Assembly: GCA_965238175.1 (NCBI GenBank)
Contig: CBDEGZ010000003.1
Span: forward strand, 2,144,001-2,208,000
DNA: 64,000 bases
Source: Gammaproteobacteria bacterium
GTDB taxonomy: Bacteria; Pseudomonadota; Gammaproteobacteria; CAJXQU01
Reading direction: 5' to 3'
Part shown: positions 1 to 10,903 of the stretch, one piece after another
Position numbering within the stretch: the stretch's first letter is position 1
Layout of the letters: every line of letters begins with the position of its first letter
Notes under the pieces: generated by a model
Told to the model about the DNA's origin: nothing
The model's database searches: none
The model's input: only the letters and a program-made list of their open reading frames with translations
Position numbers and translations under genes: made by a program

Positions 1-67
1 CACTTGCTGTAAGTAGTTGGGTTGATATGTCTAAGAGTTCATTAGCAGTCAAAACTTGAACACTCAT
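1..67 (-). CDS. 5' end of next operon gene, possibly an Ldh_2-family oxidoreductase (runs off window)
   Basis: ATG at 67, 5 bp after the upstream stop, reads MSVQVLTANELLDISTQLLTAS. Family is a guess from the N-terminus only. Confidence 0.3.
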   Translation of the reverse strand, partial: MSVQVLTANELLDISTQLLTAS

Positions 68-72
68 TTTTG

Positions 73-1317
73 TTAAATACCTACGCCTCTTTGTTGATTT
101 GCTGATTTTCTACGATGTATTTTTTCACAGATAGCTTTTTTCCATTCGTATAGTGAAGGCGCTGGATCATCCCATTTAAAGAACGGAAAAGTTTGTCTTT
201 TAAGAAGGCTTCTGAACCAGCCAAATAGTGATATCAAATCTTTCCCTTTCAGCTCACGATAAGCGGCTAAATCTGGCAATAGGTACCAGTAGGCAAGATC
301 TTTCCGATTTCCGATATCTGGCAAAGGCAATTCTACTAAATGATTATAAATTGCATGTGCAACATCTGCCCCACTACTCACCAATAAGGGATGTCCACCA
401 GTAAATCGCGTATTACATTCTATGATTTTGTACTTGTTATCTCGAGTATCATATTTAAATTCGATGTTGCCGTTGCCTCGGAAATCTATCCCTTGAAAAA
501 ACTTTTTGCCCTGTTCTGCTGTTTCAGGCAACCATTCAGAATGATGGTAGCAAGCAGCGCCAGAATTCATTGGGAAACGTCTGATAACTTTTTTCGTGTA
601 GTGGTATAACGACTTACCTTCACTGTCATGATAAGTATAGTAGCTTGACAATAATGAATCAGGACCGGGGATAAGTTCCGAGATCATAAATTTCAATTGT
701 TTCTCAAAAACACGTGTTGCATGTGTAACCAGCTCGTTAAAACCTTCTGCTCGCAGATATTTCTTTCCGTCAAACTGACGTTGAAACAAGTGTGAATGAA
801 TCGGTTTTATGATCACAGGAAAAATAATTTCATTTTCTATTTTCATTACATCTTCGAGTGAATCCACATTCCAAAAGTTAGGAGCCGCAACACCGACTGA
901 ATTTGCGAGTTTCAAAGTCGCTTGTTTGTCGAGTAGTAATGCATGTATTTTTGGATCGTAATCATCAAGAATGTAGTCTTGTTCTAGTAGTGTTCTATTC
1001 TCCGCAAGGAATTCAATAGCATCATCATTACAGGCAAAAACAACACTGCCTTTAAGATTTACATCTTGTCTATTCAATAATAATTCAGTCCAAAAATCCC
1101 TTTGAGTCATGGACACAGGAACGGGATATCGATCATTACAAAAACGTGATCTAAAAGCGTGCGCATCTTCACTGGCTGAGACGTTCACTACAATTCCTTT
1201 TTTGCTCAAACTTCGGACAATTGCCAGCGTATTTTCTCGCCCACCTAACAGGAGAAGTGGTGGTTTATTATTTCTATCTTTTTGTTGGTTATTCCCATCG
1301 TTACTCATTTGGATCAA
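73..1317 (-). CDS. ATP-grasp carboxylate-amine ligase (D-aspartate ligase-like)
   Basis: 414-aa ORF with ATP-grasp motifs FPVIIKP, ELIPG, NIEFKYD and IIECNTRF. Confidence 0.8.
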   Translation of the reverse strand: MIQMSNDGNNQQKDRNNKPPLLLLGGRENTLAIVRSLSKKGIVVNVSASEDAHAFRSRFCNDRYPVPVSMTQRDFWTELLLNRQDVNLKGSVVFACNDDAIEFLAENRTLLEQDYILDDYDPKIHALLLDKQATLKLANSVGVAAPNFWNVDSLEDVMKIENEIIFPVIIKPIHSHLFQRQFDGKKYLRAEGFNELVTHATRVFEKQLKFMISELIPGPDSLLSSYYTYHDSEGKSLYHYTKKVIRRFPMNSGAACYHHSEWLPETAEQGKKFFQGIDFRGNGNIEFKYDTRDNKYKIIECNTRFTGGHPLLVSSGADVAHAIYNHLVELPLPDIGNRKDLAYWYLLPDLAAYRELKGKDLISLFGWFRSLLKRQTFPFFKWDDPAPSLYEWKKAICEKIHRRKSANQQRGVGI

Positions 1318-2398
1318 TTCGCCTTTTTTGTTGGAAAATATAATTGATTATTAGTTTGCCAACAGGAGTTATTTTATCCTTTTCAAAAACAAGATCATGA
1401 TGATGTAAACCTGGAGTGGTATTCAGTTCATTAATGACACCACCACATTGAACAAGCGGCATAGTAATATCAGGAGTAATCAAGTCTACTCCCACCAGTT
1501 TTAGATCCAAAACCTGAATTAATTCCGCACCCAAATTAACTATCGAAGAATGTACTTGATCTTTAACAATATGATTCTCATTCGACGAATTTTCATTACA
1601 CACCAATTTAAGTGTTGCGGTTCTACCGCTTTCAAGAACACTGGACAACGAAAGATCTTGCTTTGCAAGGTGTGTATGCATCTCATCTGAGATAGTGATA
1701 GGACTTAGTGCAGTAACTAGAGCAGAACTGATTCTATTATCATTTTCCGACTTAATAAGCTGGCTGATCGTACTTGTTCCATTTCCAGTAACAACAGGTT
1801 TATCACGTCTGATGGCATCAATAAATTTGCCATCAAGATACAGTAGACGATACGAATCACCTTTTACCTGCTCTTCGATCAAAAGGTCATTCTTATAAGT
1901 GGAGGCAAAAACGGACGCAGCAAGTAATTCTTTTTTTGATCTGATTTCAGTGGTGATTCCATTACCAGCACCAGATCCGCTAGCCGGTTTTACAACTGCA
2001 GGCACATCAAGTCCATCAAGAAAAGTCTCTGCCTCATCAATACTTTCTAGTGAATATCTAAGATATCGAGGACCTTGATAACCTACTTCAGACAATAGCT
2101 TGTGAATTAATGGTTTGTTACCTGCAATATTTAAGCTGAGGTGATCATCGAGCATAACTCTTGACTGCCTTACATATGTGGTTAGATCACCTTTCCTAAT
2201 CCGATAATACCCTTGCCCAATATCTTCGAGCGTAGCATCAAGCGAACCTGCTACGCTTTCCCAGTAAAGCTGGTAGTAGTCCTTTCGAAGTTTGGTAAAG
2301 AATGCATACTCTTTACGCTTACCAGACGACAGGATCTTTTTTACCTTGGCAAAAACACATCTAACCCGCATTCTTTTTGCAGAAAGGCTGTTGATCAT
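1301..2398 (-). CDS. ATP-grasp ligase (cyanophycin synthetase/GshAB ATP-grasp domain-like)
   Basis: Motifs VVKPASGSGAGNGIT, LIEEQVKGDSYRLL, GVDLITPDI and INELNTTPGL. Confidence 0.8.
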   Translation of the reverse strand: MINSLSAKRMRVRCVFAKVKKILSSGKRKEYAFFTKLRKDYYQLYWESVAGSLDATLEDIGQGYYRIRKGDLTTYVRQSRVMLDDHLSLNIAGNKPLIHKLLSEVGYQGPRYLRYSLESIDEAETFLDGLDVPAVVKPASGSGAGNGITTEIRSKKELLAASVFASTYKNDLLIEEQVKGDSYRLLYLDGKFIDAIRRDKPVVTGNGTSTISQLIKSENDNRISSALVTALSPITISDEMHTHLAKQDLSLSSVLESGRTATLKLVCNENSSNENHIVKDQVHSSIVNLGAELIQVLDLKLVGVDLITPDITMPLVQCGGVINELNTTPGLHHHDLVFEKDKITPVGKLIINYIFQQKRRIDPNE

Positions 2399-2410
2399 CT
2401 TTGACTAACC

Positions 2411-3121
2411 TTAACCGTCAATAACACATTCAGATTCACTGAGAGATCGATCTACCCATTCGTTTGAAAATTCTCCACGCTTCACATCAGCAACATACTT
2501 AGCCAAAGAGTCTCTTTGAGTATAGGCTCTTTCTAGCACATCTTCTGCAAATTCTTTTTGGACAACAACAACACCGTCTTTGTCTCCCATGATTATGTCG
2601 CCAGGGTTGACAACAATACCTCCGCAACAAACAGGATAATTAATTTCACCAGGACCGCGATGAAGAGGACCGATTGGGGTAATTCCTCTTGCATACACTG
2701 GCATAGCAATTTCTTGTATTCCTGGAACATCACGAATCAAACCATCAACAATAAATGCCGCAACACCTTTATGCTTCGCTTTTTGTGATACAAGATCACC
2801 AAGCACGGCATTCATCGGTGAAGCTCCTGCATCGACAACAATAATATCGCCAGGCTGCGCTATATCCAAGGCTTTATGAACCATCAGATTATCACCCGGG
2901 AAAACTTTAACTGTTAAAGCCGGTCCAACGATTGAGTCTGTATTAATCCGGTTTTTAATTTCCCAATGCATTGTATACAGTCGATTCATCAAATCAGAAA
3001 TGTCGGGTGTCTCAAATTGTCCGAATTGTTTCACCAAATCAGGATCGGGGCGAGTTATTGTTTTAAGCACTCGGTAACCTGGTCCTGGATTGAGTTCTGA
3101 AGACTTGGGTTTATTAGCCAT
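2411..3121 (-). CDS. RraA family protein (HMG aldolase-like)
   Basis: Motifs GPALTV, GDNLMVHKA, VDGLIRD and GDIIMGDKDGVVVV. Confidence 0.85.
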   Translation of the reverse strand: MANKPKSSELNPGPGYRVLKTITRPDPDLVKQFGQFETPDISDLMNRLYTMHWEIKNRINTDSIVGPALTVKVFPGDNLMVHKALDIAQPGDIIVVDAGASPMNAVLGDLVSQKAKHKGVAAFIVDGLIRDVPGIQEIAMPVYARGITPIGPLHRGPGEINYPVCCGGIVVNPGDIIMGDKDGVVVVQKEFAEDVLERAYTQRDSLAKYVADVKRGEFSNEWVDRSLSESECVIDG

Positions 3122-3289
3122 AATATTTGTTCCTTAATTGAGGTTACTATATAGATTAATAATTTTTCTCACATCCAACCTGTGTGTCTTAAATATGGAA
3201 TGAGTAGTATATTGAACTCAAATCGAGATAAAACAGTTTGAATGTTAATAATGAACACAGCATCATTATTTGGTTATAAACTATGCAAG

Positions 3290-3304
3290 GCATAATGTAT
3301 GCCA
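3290..3304 (-). promoter_or_regulatory. Candidate sigma-54 promoter for the RraA/ATP-grasp operon
   Basis: Minus strand TGGCATACATTATGC fits GG-N10-GC. Confidence 0.45.
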
Positions 3305-3444
3305 ATGGTTTTAAAATTAATGGTGTTTGTGTCGTTCAGAGGTGACGCAAATTAGGTGCTTGTGATTTTCAGAGAAATAGCTCTTTGCTTAAAATATCTA
3401 TTAACATACTGATATTATTGAATATATTATGATATTTTCGATAA

Positions 3445-3460
3445 TGGCATAGTGATTGCT
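3445..3460 (+). promoter_or_regulatory. Sigma-54 promoter of the PEP-CTERM-type gene
   Basis: TGGCATAGTGATTGCT is one mismatch from TGGCAC-N5-TTGCW. PEP-CTERM genes typically have sigma-54 promoters. Confidence 0.75.
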
Positions 3461-3576
3461 GTGTTACAGTGGAAATTGTGATGTTTCTCAGCGGACTGAG
3501 AACATGGCAGGTAATGGATAACCTGCCAGCAAAAGGATTTGTTAGTTACATTTAGTTAATTATTAAGGAATTTAAA

Positions 3577-4473
3577 ATGATCAAAGAATATCTCAAAGGG
3601 TTTATTGGAATAACTCTTCTGCTGGCTTCAGTTAACGCAAGTGCATTGTTGTTTTGGAGTGATCGACAAACACACATGGAAGGAACTGCTAAAATCCTTT
3701 TTGACTATGTTTCGTTAGATCCTACCACTTACACAAATGGTAATGGGCGAGCATTTAAAGGTGAATATGGCAGTGCAGGAGCAGGTACCTTTTACGCAAA
3801 TGGGATAACGTTTGTTAACAGCGGCATCACCATGAATATAAGCACTAACGCACAAACACAAGCACCGATTGACTCCAGATACCAATCAGATAGTTCAGGT
3901 GTTAAAACAGCCAATGCTAATTTAGCTGCATCCGTTCATGGATTAATTGCTGGGCATGGGACCTCTTCAGACAATTTGATTAACCAAACAAACGTGCAAG
4001 CACTTATTGATACAGGAGATATTCCAAACACAGTAAATGCAGCTGATTTTGCTGGGACCGAGGATCCTTTCGATATTTCTACTACTTTCGATATTTCATT
4101 TGATCATAATGTTGTTTTGAATACAGTTTTTTTCGATGTGATCAGTCACGGTGGATCTGACAATACAGATCCTCTATTTAATCAGGCACCGACATTTGAT
4201 ATTACTGGAGGTTCTAATAGCCTTAATTTAACCGGCTTGAATACAGTCACTGCAACAGAAAACGGAAGTACTAATATTTCAGGTGGTGCTCTTTTCCTTG
4301 CAGGCGAGTTGTATACCATCACTGTAAATTCTACTGGCTCATTGAATAGCCTTGTTGAATTTCAAGCCTGGGACGTTACAGCCGTTCCACTTCCTGCTAC
4401 TGCTTGGTTTTTGTTAGGTGGTCTAGCGAGCTTGTTTGGGTTTGGTCGTAAAAAAACGCAAGTACAAGCTTAA
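3577..4473 (+). CDS. VPLPA-CTERM (PEP-CTERM-like) exosortase-sorted surface protein
   Basis: Signal peptide, Ser/Thr/Asn-rich body, C-terminal VPLPA + transmembrane segment + RKK. Confidence 0.9.
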   Translation: MIKEYLKGFIGITLLLASVNASALLFWSDRQTHMEGTAKILFDYVSLDPTTYTNGNGRAFKGEYGSAGAGTFYANGITFVNSGITMNISTNAQTQAPIDSRYQSDSSGVKTANANLAASVHGLIAGHGTSSDNLINQTNVQALIDTGDIPNTVNAADFAGTEDPFDISTTFDISFDHNVVLNTVFFDVISHGGSDNTDPLFNQAPTFDITGGSNSLNLTGLNTVTATENGSTNISGGALFLAGELYTITVNSTGSLNSLVEFQAWDVTAVPLPATAWFLLGGLASLFGFGRKKTQVQA

Positions 4474-4495
4474 ATCTGTAACCCCTATTTTTCAG

Positions 4496-4528
4496 TCCAA
4501 CTTAAGCCAGAAGTGACTTAGGTTGGGA
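4496..4528. terminator. Hairpin between convergent genes
   Basis: TCCAACTTAAG...CTTAGGTTGGGA inverted repeat. Confidence 0.5.
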
Positions 4529-4573
4529 TTTAATGTTGGTTGTGTTCCTACAGCATTCTAAACAGTTGTTAGC

Positions 4574-5671
4574 TTAGTTGGCTAATTTAGCTGGGATCAA
4601 ATTCTTCAAGATCCCCTTCACCAGATGTTTTTTATTCTCAGTAACACTCCCTAATAAAATAATCACGATGGAGACAGAGCAAAATAGTAGTAAATGTCTG
4701 ACAGGATCATCTCTTTCAAACCCGTAGACAGCATTAAAAAATTGTAACAAAGGATAATGAAATAGATATATTGAAAAAGTCAGACCTGCCCAGTACCTTA
4801 TTGGACGCTCAAAGTTTTTTAACAATTTATCAAACCTATGCGAAATAGCTTTTAATCCAACAAAATTCATTGAGATCAATAAACCGTATAGATAGCTGAT
4901 CAAAAACTCATCTGAATGCCATAGTTTCTGATCGACAAATTCTGCTCCTAATAGATCTTTAGTCATCGTTAGCAACTGATGATCAAGCCCAATTACTTTA
5001 GTTATTAAATAAATAACAGTCGGGAATAAAAAAAGAATCCAGCCTGTTCCTTCGGATAAAGTCTGTGATTGGTTGTACTTATAAACCCAAACACCCATTA
5101 ACCATATGGGTAATAAGATCATGATCTTCGGACCGGCAACCAATAATGTTAGCAAGATCAAAATCAGGCGAACATATCCTTTAAAGTAAAATGAGGCCGC
5201 AAACAATACATAATACCAAAACTCATAACTCAAAGACCAAAAAGGACTGTTTGTAAATGGCCTGATACCATAGAACCAAAGCTCGTTGACAAAAAACAAA
5301 TTAGCTAATATTCGTAATACAGGCTGTTTATCAGCATACCACCAACCATCATATGAGACGGGATCAATCGAGCTTCCCCACTTGTCTACAATAACGGTTA
5401 AGATCAAGGCCGGTATAACGACAGAGTAGAGTCTGGAAAGACGGTTCAGTGCAAAGTTGGTAAAATCCTTATCTCGAGTGTTTGCTACATAGGCAATAAC
5501 ATAGCCAGACAAAACAAAAAATACGATGACAGCATCGCTGCCTATATGTAATTCACGAAAGCCAGAATAAGTGCCTCCTGTAAGACGTGTAAAGGCAAAG
5601 TGAGAAATAAAAACTGTTAAAGCAGCACTAAATCGAATGAGATCCAAATATAAAGAGAACGTTTTGTTCAT
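4574..5671 (-). CDS. Acyltransferase-3 (OafA-like) membrane O-acyltransferase
   Basis: LDLIRF, FFVLSGY, RLSRLY, WSLSYEFWYY and SIYLFHYP motifs. Confidence 0.9.
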   Translation of the reverse strand: MNKTFSLYLDLIRFSAALTVFISHFAFTRLTGGTYSGFRELHIGSDAVIVFFVLSGYVIAYVANTRDKDFTNFALNRLSRLYSVVIPALILTVIVDKWGSSIDPVSYDGWWYADKQPVLRILANLFFVNELWFYGIRPFTNSPFWSLSYEFWYYVLFAASFYFKGYVRLILILLTLLVAGPKIMILLPIWLMGVWVYKYNQSQTLSEGTGWILFLFPTVIYLITKVIGLDHQLLTMTKDLLGAEFVDQKLWHSDEFLISYLYGLLISMNFVGLKAISHRFDKLLKNFERPIRYWAGLTFSIYLFHYPLLQFFNAVYGFERDDPVRHLLLFCSVSIVIILLGSVTENKKHLVKGILKNLIPAKLAN

Positions 5672-5674
5672 AGT

Positions 5675-7144
5675 TCAGACACCACTACTTTGCAATCTCT
5701 CCTGGAGAACCTTTCTTGCTCTCTCATCAGTTATTAGTAGTAGGCCACCATATAGTACGATTCCAACGATTATCTTGACTACTATTTCAATAAGGAACCC
5801 TTCTATTTCAATACTATCGAGAACAAAATACATAAGAATAGATAAACCAATAAATTTCGTAGCGGCGAGAAATGGAAAATCAATAATCAGAAGTTTTCGA
5901 CTATAAAAAGTTTCTAAAATGATCATCAATAAATAGGATAACAAAGTTGCTATAGCTGCACCTTCAATTCCATAAAGTGGAATAAATACAATATTCAACA
6001 CGACATTTACAAGCGCCGCTGAAAAAGTTATCCACATCAAAGCCGAAGATTTTTTAATAAAAATACCCGCGCCTAACATCGAATGTGTACCGTAAATCAT
6101 TTGGCCGGCAATAACATATGGGATAACAACACCACTTTCTATATATTTCCCACCAGTTATCAAAATAATCAAATCTGGGCCAACAACGGCCACACCAGCA
6201 ATCACAGGAAAACACATGATCAAATAAAAATATAAAGATTTTTCAATAAAGTTTTTAGTTGCAGCGACACCTTTATCAGCCCAAATTTGGAAATACATAG
6301 GTCGAATTGCTTGGAATAGAGAATCCACCATCATTATTTTTATGTATCCACAAAGTGCGTAACCGGCTGCATAAACCCCCAGCGATTCTGACCCCATTTT
6401 CCAATTAATAATATAGCGATCACCCAAGCTAAAGATAACAAACACCAATTCATTGCCAAGCAATGGCAACCCATAGGCCAGCATTTCTTTCGTCATTTTA
6501 GGCGAGAAACTATGCGGCGATAATTGTATATTTCGCATAGCATAAAACGCGAGAATTGAAACCAATGTTACGTGGACAAGTACTCGGGCAATAAAAACTC
6601 CTTCAAGGGAGCGGGTAATAAAATAAAGGGTTATTACAACCGCGAGTAGAATTCCGTAGCACTCAGAAACTGTAAAAAGACTAAGCCACCCACTTTGTTG
6701 TTTAGCCTGCAAAAACCCAGTTAACATACTAAGAATTACATGGAAAAAAATAACAACTCCGGTAAGCAAAAATAGATTTCTTAGTTTTGGCTCACCCCAA
6801 GTTGTATCTGGTAAGAAATAGACGATCAACATCCAAAGGATCGTAATGATCAGACCTGTCCCAACCATGCTAGTAACAATGGTTGAATAGTAGGTTTTAA
6901 GATCCCAACGACCTGTGCCTTCCTTGTCTTTTATATCGGAGTAATATCTGACGATTGAAAATTGCAGGCCACACTTCCCAAACGCAGCGATAAAGGTGAT
7001 CGTTGTCATAACGAGAGTGAGAAGTCCGTAATCACTCACGGATAGCATTCTTGTCAAGATTGGGAAAGATATTAACCCAGCAAGCGTCCCTGCCAATCCG
7101 GCCAGAGAGTACCGGGACGCATGTACCAAAAGATTTCTAAGCAT
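5675..7144 (-). CDS. Wzx-type polysaccharide flippase
   Basis: Multi-transmembrane protein with PILTRML..DYG, DRYII and IPLYGIEGAAIAT motifs. Confidence 0.85.
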   Translation of the reverse strand: MLRNLLVHASRYSLAGLAGTLAGLISFPILTRMLSVSDYGLLTLVMTTITFIAAFGKCGLQFSIVRYYSDIKDKEGTGRWDLKTYYSTIVTSMVGTGLIITILWMLIVYFLPDTTWGEPKLRNLFLLTGVVIFFHVILSMLTGFLQAKQQSGWLSLFTVSECYGILLAVVITLYFITRSLEGVFIARVLVHVTLVSILAFYAMRNIQLSPHSFSPKMTKEMLAYGLPLLGNELVFVIFSLGDRYIINWKMGSESLGVYAAGYALCGYIKIMMVDSLFQAIRPMYFQIWADKGVAATKNFIEKSLYFYLIMCFPVIAGVAVVGPDLIILITGGKYIESGVVIPYVIAGQMIYGTHSMLGAGIFIKKSSALMWITFSAALVNVVLNIVFIPLYGIEGAAIATLLSYLLMIILETFYSRKLLIIDFPFLAATKFIGLSILMYFVLDSIEIEGFLIEIVVKIIVGIVLYGGLLLITDERARKVLQERLQSSGV

Positions 7145-7167
7145 ATGTTCAGTATATCAGGCGAGAG

Positions 7168-8181
7168 TTATTTTATGATCTGCTGTAATTCTTTTGGTAA
7201 TGGTGCATCAATAGAAATTCGATCCATATCAGCAAGCTGAAAGCTTAAATGACTTGCATGCAGAAACAAACGTCTTAGTCCTTTTTTTTTCAATTTTTTA
7301 TTAAATTCATCATCCCCATACTTCTCATCCAAAGCAATTGGCATGCCCATGTGGGCACAATGGGCACGAATTTGATGTGTTCGGCCAGTATGTAACGTTA
7401 CTTTTAATAATGATGTGTCAGGAAATCGTTTTACCAATTCAAACTCTGTCAACGCTGACTTGCCATTCTCATCAACACGAACAACTCTTTCTCCGCCAGA
7501 AAGACTATTTTTAACTAAGGGTGCATCGACAATTTGTTTTCCACCTTTCCACTTGCCCTTGACCAACGCAAGGTACTGTTTATCCATCTTGTTCGTTTTT
7601 ATTAATTTATTCATTTGCCGTAAAACGGCAGGTTTTTTTACTAGAATCAAACAACCCGAGGTGGCTCGATCAAGCCTATGGGCAAGTTCGATATAATTAC
7701 TCTTGAATTCAGGCATGCTTCGAAACGCTTCGATTATCCCAAAATCACATCCAGTACCGGCATGAACAGGAATACCTGAAGGTTTGTTGAGGATCAAAAA
7801 AGCATCATCTTCAAAAAGGATACTTGCTTTGAGTTGATCAATGACTCGATGAGGAATTTTTAATTCGAAATTTTCCTCAAGATAAACTGGAGGAAGACGC
7901 AAATTATCATCTGGTTGCAAACGATAATTAGGTTTTATCCTTTTTTTATTAATTCGAACCTCACCCTTACGTAACATTTTATAAATGCGACCTTTGGGTA
8001 TAGTCTTAAAAAAATGACTTAGAAAATTGTCTATGCGACGACCAGCATGATCATTATCAATCGTAATATATTGTACTGTCTGGTAACTTACTGAGTCTAA
8101 ATTTGCAGAATCTACTGACGAAGTTATTATAGTCTTTTGCGAAGGCTTGTTGCTGATAGGATCCAAGCTTGCTATTATCAC
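7168..8181 (-). CDS. rluC: 23S rRNA pseudouridine synthase C (start uncertain)
   Basis: S4 domain, HRLDRATSG and TGRTHQIR motifs; divergent from rne. Confidence 0.93.
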   Translation of the reverse strand: MIIASLDPISNKPSQKTIITSSVDSANLDSVSYQTVQYITIDNDHAGRRIDNFLSHFFKTIPKGRIYKMLRKGEVRINKKRIKPNYRLQPDDNLRLPPVYLEENFELKIPHRVIDQLKASILFEDDAFLILNKPSGIPVHAGTGCDFGIIEAFRSMPEFKSNYIELAHRLDRATSGCLILVKKPAVLRQMNKLIKTNKMDKQYLALVKGKWKGGKQIVDAPLVKNSLSGGERVVRVDENGKSALTEFELVKRFPDTSLLKVTLHTGRTHQIRAHCAHMGMPIALDEKYGDDEFNKKLKKKGLRRLFLHASHLSFQLADMDRISIDAPLPKELQQIIK

Positions 8182-8485
8182 ACGACAGGTTTCGTTCGTC
8201 CATGGAATGTGGCGTCAGAGGGAAGGTGTTAATCATCACGAAACCTTGACTAAATCAAATAAAAGAATAAAACAGACTAATTATAAGTCTGAGATAAAGA
8301 ATTTTATCAATCAGTCTTTGACAAATAGTTGAATGACTGATTGCAACAGCGCTCCCAATATAGATCAGAACTATTTATGAACTTCTAACGTAAGACATAG
8401 CTAATATTTTAGTTAGGTTTATACGTATTTTTAAGAAGCTAGAATATGATCCATAAGAAGGTTGAGCGCCTACCAGGAACATACA

Positions 8486-10861
8486 ATGAAACGCATGATA
8501 ATTAACGCAACTCAGCCAGAAGAGTTGCGCGTTGCCCTTGTTGATGGGCAAAAACTTTATGACCTAGATATTGAAACGGTCGGAAAAGAACAAAAGAAAT
8601 CAAACATTTACAAAGCTAAAATCATCCGAATAGAGCCCAGTCTAGAAGCGGCTTTTGTGGATTACGGTGCTGAACGCCACGGCTTCTTACCACTGAAAGA
8701 AATCTCACGATCTGTTTTTATCAAACCACAATCAGGTAGTGGGCGCGTCAATATCAAAGACGCTATTAAAGAAGGACAGGAAATAATCGTCCAGGTCGAA
8801 AAAGAAGAACGTGGTAATAAAGGAGCAGCTTTAACGACATTTGTCAGCCTGGCTGGACGATATTTGGTTGCAATGCCGGATAACCCAAGAGCTGGTGGTG
8901 TCTCTCGTCAGATTGAAGGATCTGATCGAGAAGAATCCAAACAAGCAATGAGTGAGCTTAACATCCCAGAGGGAATGGGCTTAATTCTAAGAACAGCGGG
9001 TGTAGGGAAAGCATCTGAAGAACTACAATGGGATCTCGATTATCTCATGCAATTGTGGAGTGCGATTGAAGAAGCTGCTGAAACAAAGGCCGGCCCTTTT
9101 CTCATTTATCAAGAACATGATGTCATTATTCGTGCAATCAGAGACTATCTGAGAAATGATATCTCAGAAATTTTGGTTGATGACGAGACGCTTTACAAGA
9201 AAGCCGTGGAATTTATGCAACAGGTTATGCCACATAATCTTCATAAATTAAAACATTATCAAGATTCTACCCCACTTTTCACACGCTATCAGATCGAAAG
9301 TCAGATCGAAACTGCGTTTGGACGTGAAGTCCGACTACCTTCTGGGGGTTCGCTTGTCATTGAACCTACTGAAGCTCTAACTACAATTGATATCAATTCA
9401 GCGAGAGCGACTAAAGGCAGCGATATTGAAGAAACTGCATTAAACACAAACCTTGAAGCTGCAGATGAGGTTGCTCGACAATTAAGGCTACGCGATCTTG
9501 GCGGCTTAGTCGTGATCGATTTTATCGATATGTTAGCAGCACGAAACCAGCGTAAAGTAGAAACTCGTATTAAAGATGCTCTAAAGGTTGATCGTGCTCG
9601 GGTTCAGATTGGTCGTATATCCCGATTTGGCCTTCTTGAAATGTCACGTCAACGCTTAAGTGCCTCTTTGATTGAAGGCACGCATGAAACTTGTCCACGT
9701 TGTAGTGGCTTAGGAACCATACGCGGCACAGCTTCATTAGGTCTATCCTTATTAAGGATTATTCAAGAAGAAGCGATGAAAGACAATGTTGGCCGTGTAG
9801 TTGTACAGTTACCTGTAGATACGGCTACATTTTTACTAAATGAAAAGCGTTCTGAAATTACAGATCTGGAAAGTAGATTGGGAGTTGATGTTCTTATGAT
9901 CCCCAATCCGCAGCTTCAAACACCTCACTACGAAGTTGAACGTTTTCGCAAACAAGTCATGGAATCTTCTGACTGGAAAGAAGAACCTAGCTACGAATTG
10001 ATAAAAATCTCTGAAGAAGAGAATTCAGTTTCAACGCATTCTGAAAAGCCGGTAGCTGAGCAAGCAGCCGTTCAAGAGATTAGTCGTTCTACGCCAAAAC
10101 CGACTAAAGCTGAACCGGCTATTGCCTCGCAAGGTGGAATTATTAAACGTATGTTCTCAGGTTTATTTGGTTCTGGAACAGCAAATAAAACAACAGAGAA
10201 AGAAGAACAAACAGAGACGGCAACAAAAGAAAAACCCAGACAACAAAATCGTTCCCGTAATAATACAAATAGTGAGCGTAAGCCTGGACAAAAGAACCAG
10301 CCTACGCGCCGAAAAGCTACATCTAAAAAAACTGCTTCCAAGAAGAAAACTGCTTCCAAGAAGAAAACAACTTCCAGAAAGACAACAGCTAAGAAAGTAG
10401 ATAATACGAAATCGAGTGAATCTGAGTCTAGTAAAGAACCTGCAGTTGAAACCACAAAAGAAGTGACTAAAGCTGAAACACAGTCACAAGATAAAAAACC
10501 AAGAAATGATCGTCCTAGACGAGGGCCAAGAACTCGACGAAGTAATCGAAGTAGAAAACGCTCTGAGGATCAGAATAAACAACAAGTCGAAAACGATAGT
10601 TCTAAATCTGATCAAAAAACTGTACCTGATCAAAAACCCGAACCAAATAAGAAACCGGCTGAGATCTCTGAAGTGGAGACTCCTGTAAAAGCAGTTGAGA
10701 AAAAAGCACTAACATCCAATATGGTTGAGAAAGCCGTAGAGTCTGTAGCAGTGGCTTCAACATCAAAAGTAACAGCTACTGCATCTGATGCCTCTTCGAC
10801 AATCGAAAATGTTGTTTCTGAAGATAAAAAAACACTAAAAGAACTGAAAGCTGAAGATTGA
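8486..10861 (+). CDS. rne: Ribonuclease E
   Basis: [23 protein letters not shown]-terminus, IDFIDM, CPRCSG, disordered C-terminus. Confidence 0.97.
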   Translation: MKRMIINATQPEELRVALVDGQKLYDLDIETVGKEQKKSNIYKAKIIRIEPSLEAAFVDYGAERHGFLPLKEISRSVFIKPQSGSGRVNIKDAIKEGQEIIVQVEKEERGNKGAALTTFVSLAGRYLVAMPDNPRAGGVSRQIEGSDREESKQAMSELNIPEGMGLILRTAGVGKASEELQWDLDYLMQLWSAIEEAAETKAGPFLIYQEHDVIIRAIRDYLRNDISEILVDDETLYKKAVEFMQQVMPHNLHKLKHYQDSTPLFTRYQIESQIETAFGREVRLPSGGSLVIEPTEALTTIDINSARATKGSDIEETALNTNLEAADEVARQLRLRDLGGLVVIDFIDMLAARNQRKVETRIKDALKVDRARVQIGRISRFGLLEMSRQRLSASLIEGTHETCPRCSGLGTIRGTASLGLSLLRIIQEEAMKDNVGRVVVQLPVDTATFLLNEKRSEITDLESRLGVDVLMIPNPQLQTPHYEVERFRKQVMESSDWKEEPSYELIKISEEENSVSTHSEKPVAEQAAVQEISRSTPKPTKAEPAIASQGGIIKRMFSGLFGSGTANKTTEKEEQTETATKEKPRQQNRSRNNTNSERKPGQKNQPTRRKATSKKTASKKKTASKKKTTSRKTTAKKVDNTKSSESESSKEPAVETTKEVTKAETQSQDKKPRNDRPRRGPRTRRSNRSRKRSEDQNKQQVENDSSKSDQKTVPDQKPEPNKKPAEISEVETPVKAVEKKALTSNMVEKAVESVAVASTSKVTATASDASSTIENVVSEDKKTLKELKAED

Positions 10862-10903
10862 TTTGTAGAAATTCAGATTTGATCTGACAGTTACCCAATT
10901 ATC

